NCBI GenBank assembly: GCA_036660495.1
Contig: JAVXAN010000003.1
Location: 1-35,920 of the forward strand
DNA from: Bacilli bacterium
GTDB lineage: Bacteria; Bacillota_I; Bacilli_A; RF39; UBA660
Direction of reading: 5' to 3'
DNA: 35,920 nucleotides
Position 1 is the stretch's first letter. Each line of letters starts with the position of its first letter. Positions 19,942 through 29,715 of the stretch are shown one piece after another. A program made the position numbers and the translations under genes. The notes beneath the pieces are model-generated. The model worked only from the letters and a program-made list of their open reading frames with translations, made no database searches and was not told where the DNA came from.

Positions 19942-20775
19942 CTATTTTTTATTACGACGACTAACAATAAACTTCGTTGAAGCTTTCTTATTATCGCGTG
20001 TCTTTTTACCAAGTGCTGGTTTACCCCAAGGAGTCATTGGTTGTTTACGTCCAATTGGAGTTCTACCTTCACCACCACCATGTGGGTGATCGTTAGGGTT
20101 CATAACAGAACCACGAACCGTTGGTCTAATACCCATGTGACGAGTACGTCCAGCTTTACCTAAGTTAACAAGGCTATAATCACCATTACCAACTTCACCA
20201 ATTGTAGCCATACACGTGCCAAGAATTTTTCTTGTTTCACCACTTCTTAGTCTAATTAATACATATTTTTCTTCTCTTCCAAGAATTTGAGCACTAGCTC
20301 CAGCACTACGTGCTATTTGAGCTCCTTTTCCTGGCCTCATTTCAATATTATGAATAATGGTACCTACTGGAATATTCATAATTGGCATTGCGTTTCCAAC
20401 TTTAACGTCCACGTTTTCTCCACTTACAATAATAGTTCCTACCTTTATTCCTTCTGGTGCAATAATATACCTTTTTTCACCATCTAAATAGGTAATTAAA
20501 GCTATGTTTGCGCTTCTATTTGGGTCGTATTCAATCGCTGCTACTTTTCCAGTAACATCAAATTTATCTCTTTTAAAATCTATTACACGGTATTTACGCT
20601 TTTCTCCACCACCACGGTGTCTTACGGTAATACGGCCTAGATTATTACGACCATTAGTTTTGCTTTTCTTAACCACTAAGCTTTTTTCTGGAGTGTTTTT
20701 AGTTATTTCTTCGTTAACCAAAGTACTCATTTGTCTTCTAGCATTTGTAGTTGGTTTAAACTTTTTAATTGCCAT
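19942..20775 (-). CDS. rplB: 50S ribosomal protein L2
   Basis: [21 protein letters not shown]. Confidence 0.99.
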   Translation of the reverse strand: MAIKKFKPTTNARRQMSTLVNEEITKNTPEKSLVVKKSKTNGRNNLGRITVRHRGGGEKRKYRVIDFKRDKFDVTGKVAAIEYDPNRSANIALITYLDGEKRYIIAPEGIKVGTIIVSGENVDVKVGNAMPIMNIPVGTIIHNIEMRPGKGAQIARSAGASAQILGREEKYVLIRLRSGETRKILGTCMATIGEVGNGDYSLVNLGKAGRTRHMGIRPTVRGSVMNPNDHPHGGGEGRTPIGRKQPMTPWGKPALGKKTRDNKKASTKFIVSRRNKK

Positions 20776-20790
20776 ACTTTTTCCTCCTTA

Positions 20791-21072
20791 TTAGCTTAAG
20801 TCTAATTTACTACCTTCAGCAAGAGTAACAATTGCTTTTTTATAAGCTTTAGTTGCTCCCTCGTAGCGACCCACTCTTTTTTTCTTTGCTCTAACGTTAA
20901 TAGTGTTAACGTTTGTAACTTTAACGTTGAAAATCTTTTCAACTGCTTGTTTTATTTGAACTTTATTGGCATCATTGGCAACTTTAAGTACCACTTTCTT
21001 ACCGTCAGCAGAAATTGATGCTGATTTTTCAGTAACAATCGGTGCCTTAATTACATCAATATATGAATTCAT
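20791..21072 (-). CDS. rplW: 50S ribosomal protein L23
   Basis: PIVTEK, ANKVQIKQAVE, KKAIVTL. Confidence 0.98.
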   Translation of the reverse strand: MNSYIDVIKAPIVTEKSASISADGKKVVLKVANDANKVQIKQAVEKIFNVKVTNVNTINVRAKKKRVGRYEGATKAYKKAIVTLAEGSKLDLS

Positions 21073-21695
21073 TATTTTAGCACCTCCTCAACGTATTTTA
21101 CGGCATCTTCGGTCATAACCAAATTGTTATAGCATAAAACGTCATAAGTATTTAATTCGTTTGCTAAAACTAATTTAAGGTAAGAAATGTTTCTACTTGC
21201 TAAAATTAAGTTATCCGTTAACTCTGTAGTTACAAGTAACGTTTTTCCAGTAAGCTTTAAAGTTTCTATTAGTTTTAACATATCTTTAGTTTTGTTAGAA
21301 TCTAAGTTTAGATTCTCAACAACCATTACTTCTTTATCGTTAATTTTATGAGTTAACGCTGATTTTAAAGCTAAACGGCGTTCCTTCCTATTCATCTTCT
21401 TATCGTAGCTTCTTGGTGTTGGACCAAATGATATTCCACCGCCAACCCAGTGAGGAGCACGAATTGAACCTTGACGGGCATTACCTGTACCCTTTTGTCT
21501 CCAAGGCTTTCTTCCTCCACCTGATACTTCACTACGGTTTTTAGTACTATGTGTTCCTTGTCTTGCTGCTGCGGTAGCTAAAACTACTGCTTCATATATA
21601 GTTTGATCGTTTGGTTCAATAGCCCAAATGCTATCGTCTAATTTAATGTCTTTAATTTTTTCACCTTTTATATCTAAAAGTGCTGTTTTTGGCAT
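21072..21695 (-). CDS. rplD: 50S ribosomal protein L4
   Basis: RQGTH, KPWRQKGTG, FGPTPR. The start is set at ATG 21695 behind AAAGGAGG. Confidence 0.98.
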   Translation of the reverse strand: MPKTALLDIKGEKIKDIKLDDSIWAIEPNDQTIYEAVVLATAAARQGTHSTKNRSEVSGGGRKPWRQKGTGNARQGSIRAPHWVGGGISFGPTPRSYDKKMNRKERRLALKSALTHKINDKEVMVVENLNLDSNKTKDMLKLIETLKLTGKTLLVTTELTDNLILASRNISYLKLVLANELNTYDVLCYNNLVMTEDAVKYVEEVLK

Positions 21696-21748
21696 TTTAG
21701 TTCCTCCTTTCATCACAAGTAAAATTTTTATTTTTCATAGTTAAGTTC

Positions 21749-22486
21749 CTATTCAGTAACTTCTTGTGACGTTTTGTTTTCAACAATCTTTTGTTCTTCA
21801 GCCACCGTCTCTTTAGCAGCATAACTTATTAAGTCGTGCTTTTCCTTTTTAACGTCTGGCTTTTTAACAGCTGATTTGATGATAACTAAAGACTTTTTAG
21901 GACCTGGAACGTTTCCTTTGACTAAAATTACGTTTTCCTCAGGTATAACACTAACAATTTCTAAGTTTTGCATAGTTATTGCTTCGTTACCCATATGACC
22001 TGGTAATTTCTTTCCTTTGAATACACGCATTGGTCTCATTGTTCCTAGTGAACCAACACCTCGATGATATTGTGAACCGTGTCCCATAGGACCTCTTGAT
22101 TGATGGTAACGTTTAATTACTCCTTGGAAACCTTTACCTTTTGAGATTCCACTGACATCAACCATTTCTCCTTCAGCAAAAATTTCTACGTTAATTTCTT
22201 GCCCAAGTTGATACTTGCTAACATCTACACCGCGAATCTCTTTTAAGAAGCGCTTAGGGGCAGTATTAGCTTTACTGATATGACCTTGTTCTGCCTTATT
22301 ACTTAGTTTTTCTCTTTTAGTTTCAAAACCAAGTTGAATAGCATCATAACCATCGGTTTGTGTTGTCTTGATTTGTATAACAACATTTGGTTCAACTTCA
22401 ACTACAGTAACAGGAATAAGTTTTCCGTTTTTTTCGAAAACTTGTGTCATACCTAGTTTACGACCTAAGATTCCTTTTTTTTCCAT
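21749..22486 (-). CDS. rplC: 50S ribosomal protein L3 with a C-terminal extension
   Basis: [22 protein letters not shown]. Confidence 0.99.
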   Translation of the reverse strand: MEKKGILGRKLGMTQVFEKNGKLIPVTVVEVEPNVVIQIKTTQTDGYDAIQLGFETKREKLSNKAEQGHISKANTAPKRFLKEIRGVDVSKYQLGQEINVEIFAEGEMVDVSGISKGKGFQGVIKRYHQSRGPMGHGSQYHRGVGSLGTMRPMRVFKGKKLPGHMGNEAITMQNLEIVSVIPEENVILVKGNVPGPKKSLVIIKSAVKKPDVKKEKHDLISYAAKETVAEEQKIVENKTSQEVTE

Positions 22487-22499
22487 AATTTCCTCCTAA

Positions 22500-22802
22500 T
22501 TATTTTATTTCGATTTCAACACCGCTTGGTAAATCTAAATGCTGTAAAGCATCAATTGTTTCTTTACTTGGTGATGTGATATCAATTAACCTTTTATGTG
22601 TACGCATTTCGAATTGTTCGCGTGAATCTTTGTATTTATGAACCGCTCTTAGAATTGTATACTTTTGGATTTCTGTTGGTAATGGTACTGGACCACTAAC
22701 ATCTCCTCCAGTTCTCTTAACTGTTTCAACAATTTTACTTGCTGCTAAATCTAAAGAACGATGATCATATGCTTTTAATCTAATTCGAATTTTATTTGAC
22801 AT
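22500..22802 (-). CDS. rpsJ: 30S ribosomal protein S10
   Basis: [29 protein letters not shown]. Confidence 0.99.
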   Translation of the reverse strand: MSNKIRIRLKAYDHRSLDLAASKIVETVKRTGGDVSGPVPLPTEIQKYTILRAVHKYKDSREQFEMRTHKRLIDITSPSKETIDALQHLDLPSGVEIEIK

Positions 22803-22935
22803 ACTTTTGTATCCTCCCTTCGTCTATATCTGGTATAGACTAGCTCCATGCAAATTACCTGATTTCTCGTTTAAGTATAAAAACAACTTAACCGGGTGTA
22901 TCAGCAACCTCGCACATCTATGCATCTACACGCAG
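22803..22935 (-). promoter_or_regulatory. structured rpsJ (S10 operon) 5' leader
   Basis: The minus strand contains GAGGTTGCTGATACACCCGG and CATGGAG, resembling Bacilli rpsJ leaders. A GTCTATA-CCAGA-TATAGAC hairpin lies before the RBS. Confidence 0.7.
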
Positions 22936-22940
22936 TTACC

Positions 22941-22969
22941 ATTATATCAGAAGTTTACGTATAAAACAA
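22941..22969 (-). promoter_or_regulatory. sigma-A promoter of the S10 operon
   Basis: TTGTTT, a 17-bp spacer ending TGA, then TATAAT (extended -10). Confidence 0.8.
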
Positions 22970-23002
22970 GGGAAAAATGACTACTTTTTCGTTTTTTTAA
23001 GC

Positions 23003-23030
23003 AAAAAGAAAGAAACAAATATTTGTTTCC
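23003..23030 (-). terminator. terminator after gpmI
   Basis: The minus strand reads GAAACAAATATTTGTTTC followed by TTTCTTTTT. Confidence 0.6.
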
Positions 23031-23054
23031 GATATTTACATGTTTTTTAATATA

Positions 23055-24590
23055 TTAGTCAATAAGTGCTCTACCTGTCATTTCGTTTGGAATTTCTAAG
23101 CCAGATGCTTTCAATATAGTAGGAGTAATATCCGACAATTTACCAGTAGATAAACTATACTTAGTATTACAAAAGATAAACGGCACTAAATTAGTTGTAT
23201 GCTTTTTATTTGGTTCTCCAGTTTTTAAATTAATCATTTCTTCAGCGTTACCATGATCAGCCGTTATAAATAGATTAACGTTTTCTAAGTTAACGTTACT
23301 GATTATCTTTCCAATAGCTTTATCAACAGCCTCTACCGCTTTAATGGTTTCACTAAGTTTGCCTGAATGACCTACCGCATCACAATTTGGATAGTTAACT
23401 AGAATAAAGTCATATTTATTAGTTGCGCTTGCGGCTAAAACCGCATTTGTTATTTTTTCTGATTGCATTTCTGGTATTTCATCATAAGTAAACACCTCAG
23501 GCCTTGGAAAAATAACAATTTCTTCTCCCGCCTTTACCACATCTTCACATCCGTCAAAAAAATATGTTACATGTTGTGATTTTTCAAATTCTGAAATTCT
23601 TATTTGCGTTTTACCACATTTAGATAAGTATTCACCAATAGTGTTTTCTATTTTACTATCTTGTGGAAAAGCTATCAAAACATTTTCATACGGGTTTTCT
23701 TCTAAATATGGCGTCATACATACAAAACAAGTTTTTATTTGACCCGTGCTTCTATTAAAATCATTAAATTCTTCATCATTAAACGCATGTAATAATTGAA
23801 TCATTCGATCACTTCTAAAATTAAAAGATATAATGGAATCCTTAGCTGCTATGGTTGATATCGGCTTACCATTTTCTAATATAACCGTTGGTTTCATAAA
23901 TTCATCAGTTAAATTTTCATAGTATTCTTTTTCAAAAGCTTCATTGATAGAATTAACTTTAATATCACTTATTCCTAAAACCATAGCATCATATGCCATC
24001 TTAGTTAATTCCCAATTACGGTCTCTATTCATTGCATAATACCTACCACCTATTGTAGCTATTTTCCCAATTCCTATGTTATTCATTTTATTTTGTATTT
24101 GATCTACGTACTTTTTAGCAACAAGAGGTTCAGTATCTCTGCCATCTAAAAATGCGTGCAAATAAACTCGAGTGAAGTTTCTTGCTTTGCATAAATCAAG
24201 AACCGCCATTAAATGATTAAGGTGACTATGTACCCCTCCATCTGAAATAAGTCCATATATATGGAGGTTTGAAGTATTCTTTTCGCAATTATCAATTGCA
24301 CTATTTAGCGCCTTATTACTAAAAAAATTTCGGTTTTCAATTGAATTAGTTATTTTTAGTAAATCTTGATATATTAAACGCCCGGCTCCAATGTTCAAAT
24401 GGCCAACCTCCGAATTTCCCATTTGTCCCTCCGGAAGTCCTACTAATAAGCCACTAGCTTCTAGCCTAGTATTAGGGTAAGTATTGAAAAGCATGTCTAA
24501 AGTGGGCGTATTTGCCGCCATTATTGCGTTACCTTCTTTATTATTACTAAGTCCATATCCATCCATTATTACTAAAATACTCTTTTTCAT
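23055..24590 (-). CDS. gpmI: 2,3-bisphosphoglycerate-independent phosphoglycerate mutase
   Basis: MDGYG, GQMGNSEVGH, SDGGVHSH, DGRD, NFRSDR, TADHGNAE. Confidence 0.98.
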   Translation of the reverse strand: MKKSILVIMDGYGLSNNKEGNAIMAANTPTLDMLFNTYPNTRLEASGLLVGLPEGQMGNSEVGHLNIGAGRLIYQDLLKITNSIENRNFFSNKALNSAIDNCEKNTSNLHIYGLISDGGVHSHLNHLMAVLDLCKARNFTRVYLHAFLDGRDTEPLVAKKYVDQIQNKMNNIGIGKIATIGGRYYAMNRDRNWELTKMAYDAMVLGISDIKVNSINEAFEKEYYENLTDEFMKPTVILENGKPISTIAAKDSIISFNFRSDRMIQLLHAFNDEEFNDFNRSTGQIKTCFVCMTPYLEENPYENVLIAFPQDSKIENTIGEYLSKCGKTQIRISEFEKSQHVTYFFDGCEDVVKAGEEIVIFPRPEVFTYDEIPEMQSEKITNAVLAASATNKYDFILVNYPNCDAVGHSGKLSETIKAVEAVDKAIGKIISNVNLENVNLFITADHGNAEEMINLKTGEPNKKHTTNLVPFIFCNTKYSLSTGKLSDITPTILKASGLEIPNEMTGRALID

Positions 24591-24627
24591 AAAACACCTA
24601 CCTTAATAATATTTTACCACTTAAAAT

Positions 24628-24666
24628 AAAAAAGCCAACAATTTATTTAAAACTGTTGACTTTTTA
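24628..24666. terminator. terminator after the BI-1 gene
   Basis: AAAAGCCAACA...TGTTGACTTTT inverted repeat. Confidence 0.65.
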
Positions 24667-24668
24667 TG

Positions 24669-25337
24669 TTAATCATTATCTTGTCCAAAAAACCTCAATA
24701 AGTTTAAAAACAAGTTAATAAAATCTAAGTATAGTTCTAATGCACCAAATATTGCTATCTTATTAATATCTTCCTTCGATGAACAAGAATTATATATTTT
24801 TTTTAATTTTTGCATATCCCAAGCCGTTAATCCAAGAAAAACCATAATTGACACAATTCCTACAACATAATTAATTGCTGTACTATTTAAGAACAAATTA
24901 ACAAGTGATGTTATAATTATTGCTATTAATCCAAAAAACATCATTTTACCTAATGAAGTTAAATCTTGTTTTGTTATATAACCATATGCTGCTAAAGATC
25001 CAAACAATATCGCCGTTGCACCAAATACCAAAACAATACTTCCTAATTTATATACAATAAATATTGATGATAACGTCAACCCGTTTATTATTGCATATAT
25101 AATAAACAAAGCTTTAGCGCCACTTGAATTTATTTTTTTTAAAAAAGCACTGAAAGCAATAACAGTAATAAGCTCAGCGATAATTATAAAATAAAAATTG
25201 CGAGAAACAAACGTTAACATTGATGGCGTTACTGAAGTATAATATGCCATTAATCCCGATACTATCATTCCAATAAACATCCACAAATAAACCTTTGAAA
25301 AAAACTTAATCATTTCATCTTTTTTTTGAACTATCAT
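24669..25337 (-). CDS. Bax inhibitor-1 / YccA family membrane protein
   Basis: About seven hydrophobic segments, KVYLWM, LTAWDMQKLK, and GALELYLDFINLF. Confidence 0.95.
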   Translation of the reverse strand: MIVQKKDEMIKFFSKVYLWMFIGMIVSGLMAYYTSVTPSMLTFVSRNFYFIIIAELITVIAFSAFLKKINSSGAKALFIIYAIINGLTLSSIFIVYKLGSIVLVFGATAILFGSLAAYGYITKQDLTSLGKMMFFGLIAIIITSLVNLFLNSTAINYVVGIVSIMVFLGLTAWDMQKLKKIYNSCSSKEDINKIAIFGALELYLDFINLFLNLLRFFGQDND

Positions 25338-25386
25338 TTTATTCCTCCTAAAATAATTATATCATAATTGTTAAAAAAGAAACCTA

Positions 25387-26169
25387 TTATCGGCTTCTTT
25401 GATGATTAAATTCTAATCTTAATTTATCTGAGACAGTTACTATAAATTCACTATTTGTTGGTTTTGCCCTATCATAATCAACACTATGCCCAAATATTTC
25501 TTCCATTAAATCTATATCGCCTCTATTCCAACTAACCTCAATTGCGTGTCTAATTGCTCTTTCTACTCTAGAAACTGTCGTATCATACCTAGTTGCAATT
25601 TCCGGATAAAGCTCTTTTGTTATAGCTCCTACTATATCAGGGTTTTCATACATCAATAAAACTCCTTCTCTTATATACTGATAACCTTTTATATGTGATG
25701 GCACGCCTAACCCGTGCAATAGTTTAGTAACCGAAATTTCCAAATTATTATGATATAAGTTTACTTTAGATCCTGACTCTTCAACATAATTAACAGCATC
25801 CATTATTTTAGCTTCTAAATCAAGCATATCAAAAGGTTTTAAAATAAAATGTTTTGGGTTATACTTTGACACTCTTTGAATCGTTTCATCAGCATTAAAA
25901 GAAGTCCCAATTACTACCGGTTTATTTATTGACCTTTTTTTCATTTGCTCAAGAACATATATCCCATCTTTTTTTGGCATTATCAAATCAAGTAATATAG
26001 CATCATAAGTTTCTGGCTCTTTTTCAATAATATCAAATGCTTCTTCTCCATTATATGCAACCTTTGTTACTCTAACTTTCTCATGATCTGAAAAATATTC
26101 TTTTAACATCTCAACTAAATTTTCATTGTCATCTACTACTAATAGCTTAATCATATCTTTATTGTTCAT
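25387..26169 (-). CDS. spo0A: sporulation master regulator Spo0A
   Basis: Receiver domain (VVDD, LLDLIMP, LKPF) plus the Spo0A C-domain (GVPSHIKGYQYIREG, ITKELYP, SRVERAIRHAIE, KPTNSEFI). The start is ATG 26169 behind GGGAGG. Confidence 0.97.
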   Translation of the reverse strand: MNNKDMIKLLVVDDNENLVEMLKEYFSDHEKVRVTKVAYNGEEAFDIIEKEPETYDAILLDLIMPKKDGIYVLEQMKKRSINKPVVIGTSFNADETIQRVSKYNPKHFILKPFDMLDLEAKIMDAVNYVEESGSKVNLYHNNLEISVTKLLHGLGVPSHIKGYQYIREGVLLMYENPDIVGAITKELYPEIATRYDTTVSRVERAIRHAIEVSWNRGDIDLMEEIFGHSVDYDRAKPTNSEFIVTVSDKLRLEFNHQRSR

Positions 26170-26242
26170 ACTTTTTCCTCCCATTTCAACAACGTTGATA
26201 AACCAATTATATTCTCTTGTTTTTGATAAATTTATCAAAGAT

Positions 26243-26249
26243 TGTCGAA
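26243..26249 (+). promoter_or_regulatory. Spo0A binding site (0A box) upstream of spo0A
   Basis: Perfect TGTCGAA about 75 bp upstream of the spo0A start. Confidence 0.65.
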
Positions 26250-26297
26250 TAAAAAAAGAATGTATTTACTACACTCTTAATCTCAACAATTTCATAC

Positions 26298-26669
26298 TTA
26301 TTTATCACTTTCATCGTTTTGTTTAAATCCCGCTTTTGCTTTAACAAGCCTAGATCCACCAAGACCTTCGCCTTTACTTTGTAGCTCTATATTTACGCTA
26401 GTTAAATCTTTTTTATCATCTAATAAAAGTTCACTTTCTTTTTCAATAAATAAATCTTGAAACAAATCATCAATCGCATTATTAATAACAATATCCTTGT
26501 TTTTGCTTTTTTCTTTATCTAAAACAGTTTTAAAATTACTCTTAATTATTAAGATTTCACCTTTTATTCTTAATGTCATTAACGTTATTTTAATATTTGT
26601 TAAAGATCCAATTAAATTTTTTCGATTAATTTGTGATAAATCACTTCTAAGCTGAATAACGGTTTCCAT
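26298..26669 (-). CDS. hypothetical protein, 123 aa
   Basis: The ORF fills the tpiA-spo0A gap and has an AAGGGG RBS before ATG 26669. No recognisable motif. Confidence 0.6.
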   Translation of the reverse strand: METVIQLRSDLSQINRKNLIGSLTNIKITLMTLRIKGEILIIKSNFKTVLDKEKSKNKDIVINNAIDDLFQDLFIEKESELLLDDKKDLTSVNIELQSKGEGLGGSRLVKAKAGFKQNDESDK

Positions 26670-26765
26670 ACAACCCCTTCTTTCGTGCACTACACCATTA
26701 GAATAACATAAGTATACTCGTAAACAAAAGAATAAAATGTAAAATTTTATTCTCTTTACGCTAAA

Positions 26766-27476
26766 TTATACACTTTTAACGCTTTCAATAATACTTTTAA
26801 ACTCATCATAATTAGTCGATGATTTTCCAAGCATTAATCCGTCACAGCCTTTAATTATTTCTAAAGCATTATAGCAATTAACACTTCCACCATAAATAAC
26901 CTTATAATTACTTATGTTAAGTTGTTGCATAACTTTTTTTATATAAATAGTAGCATCTTCTATTTCTTTAGCACTTAATACTTCTCCACTTCCAACTGAC
27001 CACTCTGGTTCATATGCAATAATTATCTGCTGTGAGTTGCTTAATATCACGTCTTTTAAATAAGTGATTAACTGCTTTTTTAAAACCACGCTAGTTCGAT
27101 GCATCTGATTATCACATTTTGTTTCCCCAATGCATACTATCGGGGTCATACAGTTTCTTAACACTTGTTTTATCTTCATATTAACAAAGGAAGCCTGTTC
27201 ATATCCTTCTCTTTCCATATGCACACATATAACATACCTTATTCCAATTAAGCTAAGGTGATATGCTGATACTTCACCAGTATGATTTCCTTCTGTTTCT
27301 GTTGAACAGTCTTGTGCACCTAAAGAATAATTCTCAAAATTTCTTAAGTTAAGAAAATTAGGGCAAACAATTAAATCAATATTATTAAAATTTATATTCT
27401 TAATTTGTCTTTCAAAAGCAACAGATTCATCTTGTGATAAAAACATCTTATGATTTGCTATTATTATTTTCTTCAT
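26766..27476 (-). CDS. tpiA: triose-phosphate isomerase (divergent)
   Basis: ANHKM, GAQD, HTGEVS, CIGE, IAYEPEW, YGGSV. Confidence 0.9.
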   Translation of the reverse strand: MKKIIIANHKMFLSQDESVAFERQIKNINFNNIDLIVCPNFLNLRNFENYSLGAQDCSTETEGNHTGEVSAYHLSLIGIRYVICVHMEREGYEQASFVNMKIKQVLRNCMTPIVCIGETKCDNQMHRTSVVLKKQLITYLKDVILSNSQQIIIAYEPEWSVGSGEVLSAKEIEDATIYIKKVMQQLNISNYKVIYGGSVNCYNALEIIKGCDGLMLGKSSTNYDEFKSIIESVKSV

Positions 27477-28704
27477 CTTCTATCTCCCTTTTTCCTAACA
27501 CTCTTTTTATATTATGAGCAAAAGAATGAAAGACGTTAGTATCTTTGTTTAAAACTTTTTTATAAACTTCTAAAACCCGCTCAGCATATATTTGTGAACT
27601 ATAGCAATTAGCTGTAATTCTAGCTTGTTTTGCAATTTTTTTTCTAAATTCTGCATCTTTAGATAGTTTAATCAATAACGTTTGGTACTCCTCCTCTGTT
27701 TCAAAAAACAATCCGTCTTGCTCATTTGTTATTACAAGTTCAAAACTTTCATCTTTTATCGCAACAACCGGTTTAGTTGCCGCCATAGCTTCAATTACCG
27801 TTAAACCTTGCGTTTCAGTAGTAGATGAGGTTACAAAAACATCTGCTAATTGATAATACTTTGGTACATCATCCCAGGCTACTTTGCCTGTAAAAACAAC
27901 ACTTTTATTTAGCTTTTTAATATTTACTAATTCAATTAAATCTTTCATCCCTGGCCCGTCTCCTACAATTATCATTTTAGCTTTAGGAACCTTTTTTATT
28001 ATTTCAGATAAATTATTAATTAAAAACTCAATATTTTTTTCTTTAGCAATTCTTCCAACATATAAAATGGTAAAATCATTTTTTTGAATATTTAACTCTG
28101 TTTTTAATTCTATCATTTCTTTTTTATCAATATTTTCCTTATAAAACCTAGTAACATCTATTCCAGTTGGAATAATATGAACATCTCTTTTAACTTTGTA
28201 TTTTTCTTTAAATAAATCATAAGTTTTCTTGGTTGGAACAATCAATTCTTGTACGGTTTTATCACATAAAAACAAAGTTAAATATTCAACTAGTTTTTTA
28301 GATGCACCAGAAAAATACCCCTTAGTTATATAATATACATATTCTTCATACATTGTGTGATAAGTATGAACTAAAGGGATGTTATATTGCTTTGCTATTA
28401 GCCTTGCAAACGTACCAATACTAAATTCTGTATGAGTATGAATAACATCTAAATTCCAACTTTTAATAATTGACGTAGCCTTTATTGGATATAAACCTGA
28501 TAGTCTAAAATCCATTATTCCAATTGGTACTCCCGGTATTCGTAAAATGTTTTCCTCTTCTTTATACGAGAATTCTTCACTGTTTACTGTTACAACATAA
28601 ACTTTATGACCTAGCTTTTCCAAGCCTTGTTTTAACATTAAAACACTAGTTGAAACTCCATTTATATATGGTGGATATGTATCTGTAAATAATCCTATTC
28701 TCAT
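27448..28704 (-). CDS. GT4 glycosyltransferase, probable monoglycosyl-diacylglycerol synthase
   Basis: MRIGLFTDTYPPYINGVSTS, HTHTEF, HTYHTMY, YVGRIAKEKN, ETQGLTVIEA. These match the alMGS/LafA/BgsB-type subfamily. Confidence 0.85.
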   Translation of the reverse strand: MRIGLFTDTYPPYINGVSTSVLMLKQGLEKLGHKVYVVTVNSEEFSYKEEENILRIPGVPIGIMDFRLSGLYPIKATSIIKSWNLDVIHTHTEFSIGTFARLIAKQYNIPLVHTYHTMYEEYVYYITKGYFSGASKKLVEYLTLFLCDKTVQELIVPTKKTYDLFKEKYKVKRDVHIIPTGIDVTRFYKENIDKKEMIELKTELNIQKNDFTILYVGRIAKEKNIEFLINNLSEIIKKVPKAKMIIVGDGPGMKDLIELVNIKKLNKSVVFTGKVAWDDVPKYYQLADVFVTSSTTETQGLTVIEAMAATKPVVAIKDESFELVITNEQDGLFFETEEEYQTLLIKLSKDAEFRKKIAKQARITANCYSSQIYAERVLEVYKKVLNKDTNVFHSFAHNIKRVLGKREIEDEENNNSKS

Positions 28705-28705
28705 G

Positions 28706-29707
28706 TTATTCCTTCTTTCCTTTATAAAATATTAAAAGTAATCCACCAATTATTAATCCTAATAAATACGTTACAAATCTCCATAACAACATTCCACTAG
28801 ATAATAATGCTCCTGAAACAAAACATCCAAAGAATTGTAAAAAGCCGTATTCTATTCCACCAGTTGCTCCAGGAATTGGAATAAAATTCCCTATTAGCAT
28901 AACAAACGATGTTGCTACTAACGTTTCTACTAAATTAACCGATGAAGTTCCTAAACTTATAAATATAATCATTGGGATACTATATAATAACGTTAAAGAA
29001 ATAAGTTGATACATAGTCCCCTTAATAAGCTTGTTTTTATTGCTTTGCAATTGCTTTCCTGTTTTATAAAAACCTTCAATACTATCTTTAATTGATTCTT
29101 TAGTTGTTTTTAATTTTTTTATTATTATAAATTTATATGCAAAATCAATTATTTTATTAAAAATCGTTATTCCTGTTTTTTTCGAAGTCATAAAAATGAT
29201 TAAAATTAATAGAACAATTATGTTTATAACAAAACCTATAAATATTAAACTTCCAACAAGACCGCTTGATGATATTAAATTATATTTTACATTAATTATA
29301 ATTGAAATTATTCCCATTATTATAAGAGCGAACTGAAAAGCAATAAAATCCTTTATCATAGCATTAGTTGAATCAACAATTCTTAGTCCATCCTTTTTTA
29401 ATAAATATATTTGGAATGGTTGTCCGCCTGTTTGAAAAGGGGTAATTCCATTTAAAAATTGAGCTATAATGGTTAAATTAAAAGCTTTTTTTATTGAATA
29501 GTCATTATTATACTCTCTAATAAAAGTGTTTAACGACATTGATTTAAATAATAATGATAATATTAAGGCAACTATCGATATTAAAAATATTAGTGGGTTC
29601 GTACTCAAAATTTTATCGCAGATAATTTGAAAGTTATCTTTAAGCGTTAAATATAGTACTAAAGCAATTGTTATTGCTAAAACAATGATATTCCTTTTAT
29701 TTTTCAT
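28706..29707 (-). CDS. lysylphosphatidylglycerol-synthase TM / flippase-like (YbhN, UPF0104) membrane protein
   Basis: NGITPFQTGGQP, PIPGATGGIE and LLWRFVTY; polytopic. Confidence 0.88.
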   Translation of the reverse strand: MKNKRNIIVLAITIALVLYLTLKDNFQIICDKILSTNPLIFLISIVALILSLLFKSMSLNTFIREYNNDYSIKKAFNLTIIAQFLNGITPFQTGGQPFQIYLLKKDGLRIVDSTNAMIKDFIAFQFALIIMGIISIIINVKYNLISSSGLVGSLIFIGFVINIIVLLILIIFMTSKKTGITIFNKIIDFAYKFIIIKKLKTTKESIKDSIEGFYKTGKQLQSNKNKLIKGTMYQLISLTLLYSIPMIIFISLGTSSVNLVETLVATSFVMLIGNFIPIPGATGGIEYGFLQFFGCFVSGALLSSGMLLWRFVTYLLGLIIGGLLLIFYKGKKE

Positions 29708-29715
29708 ACAACACC

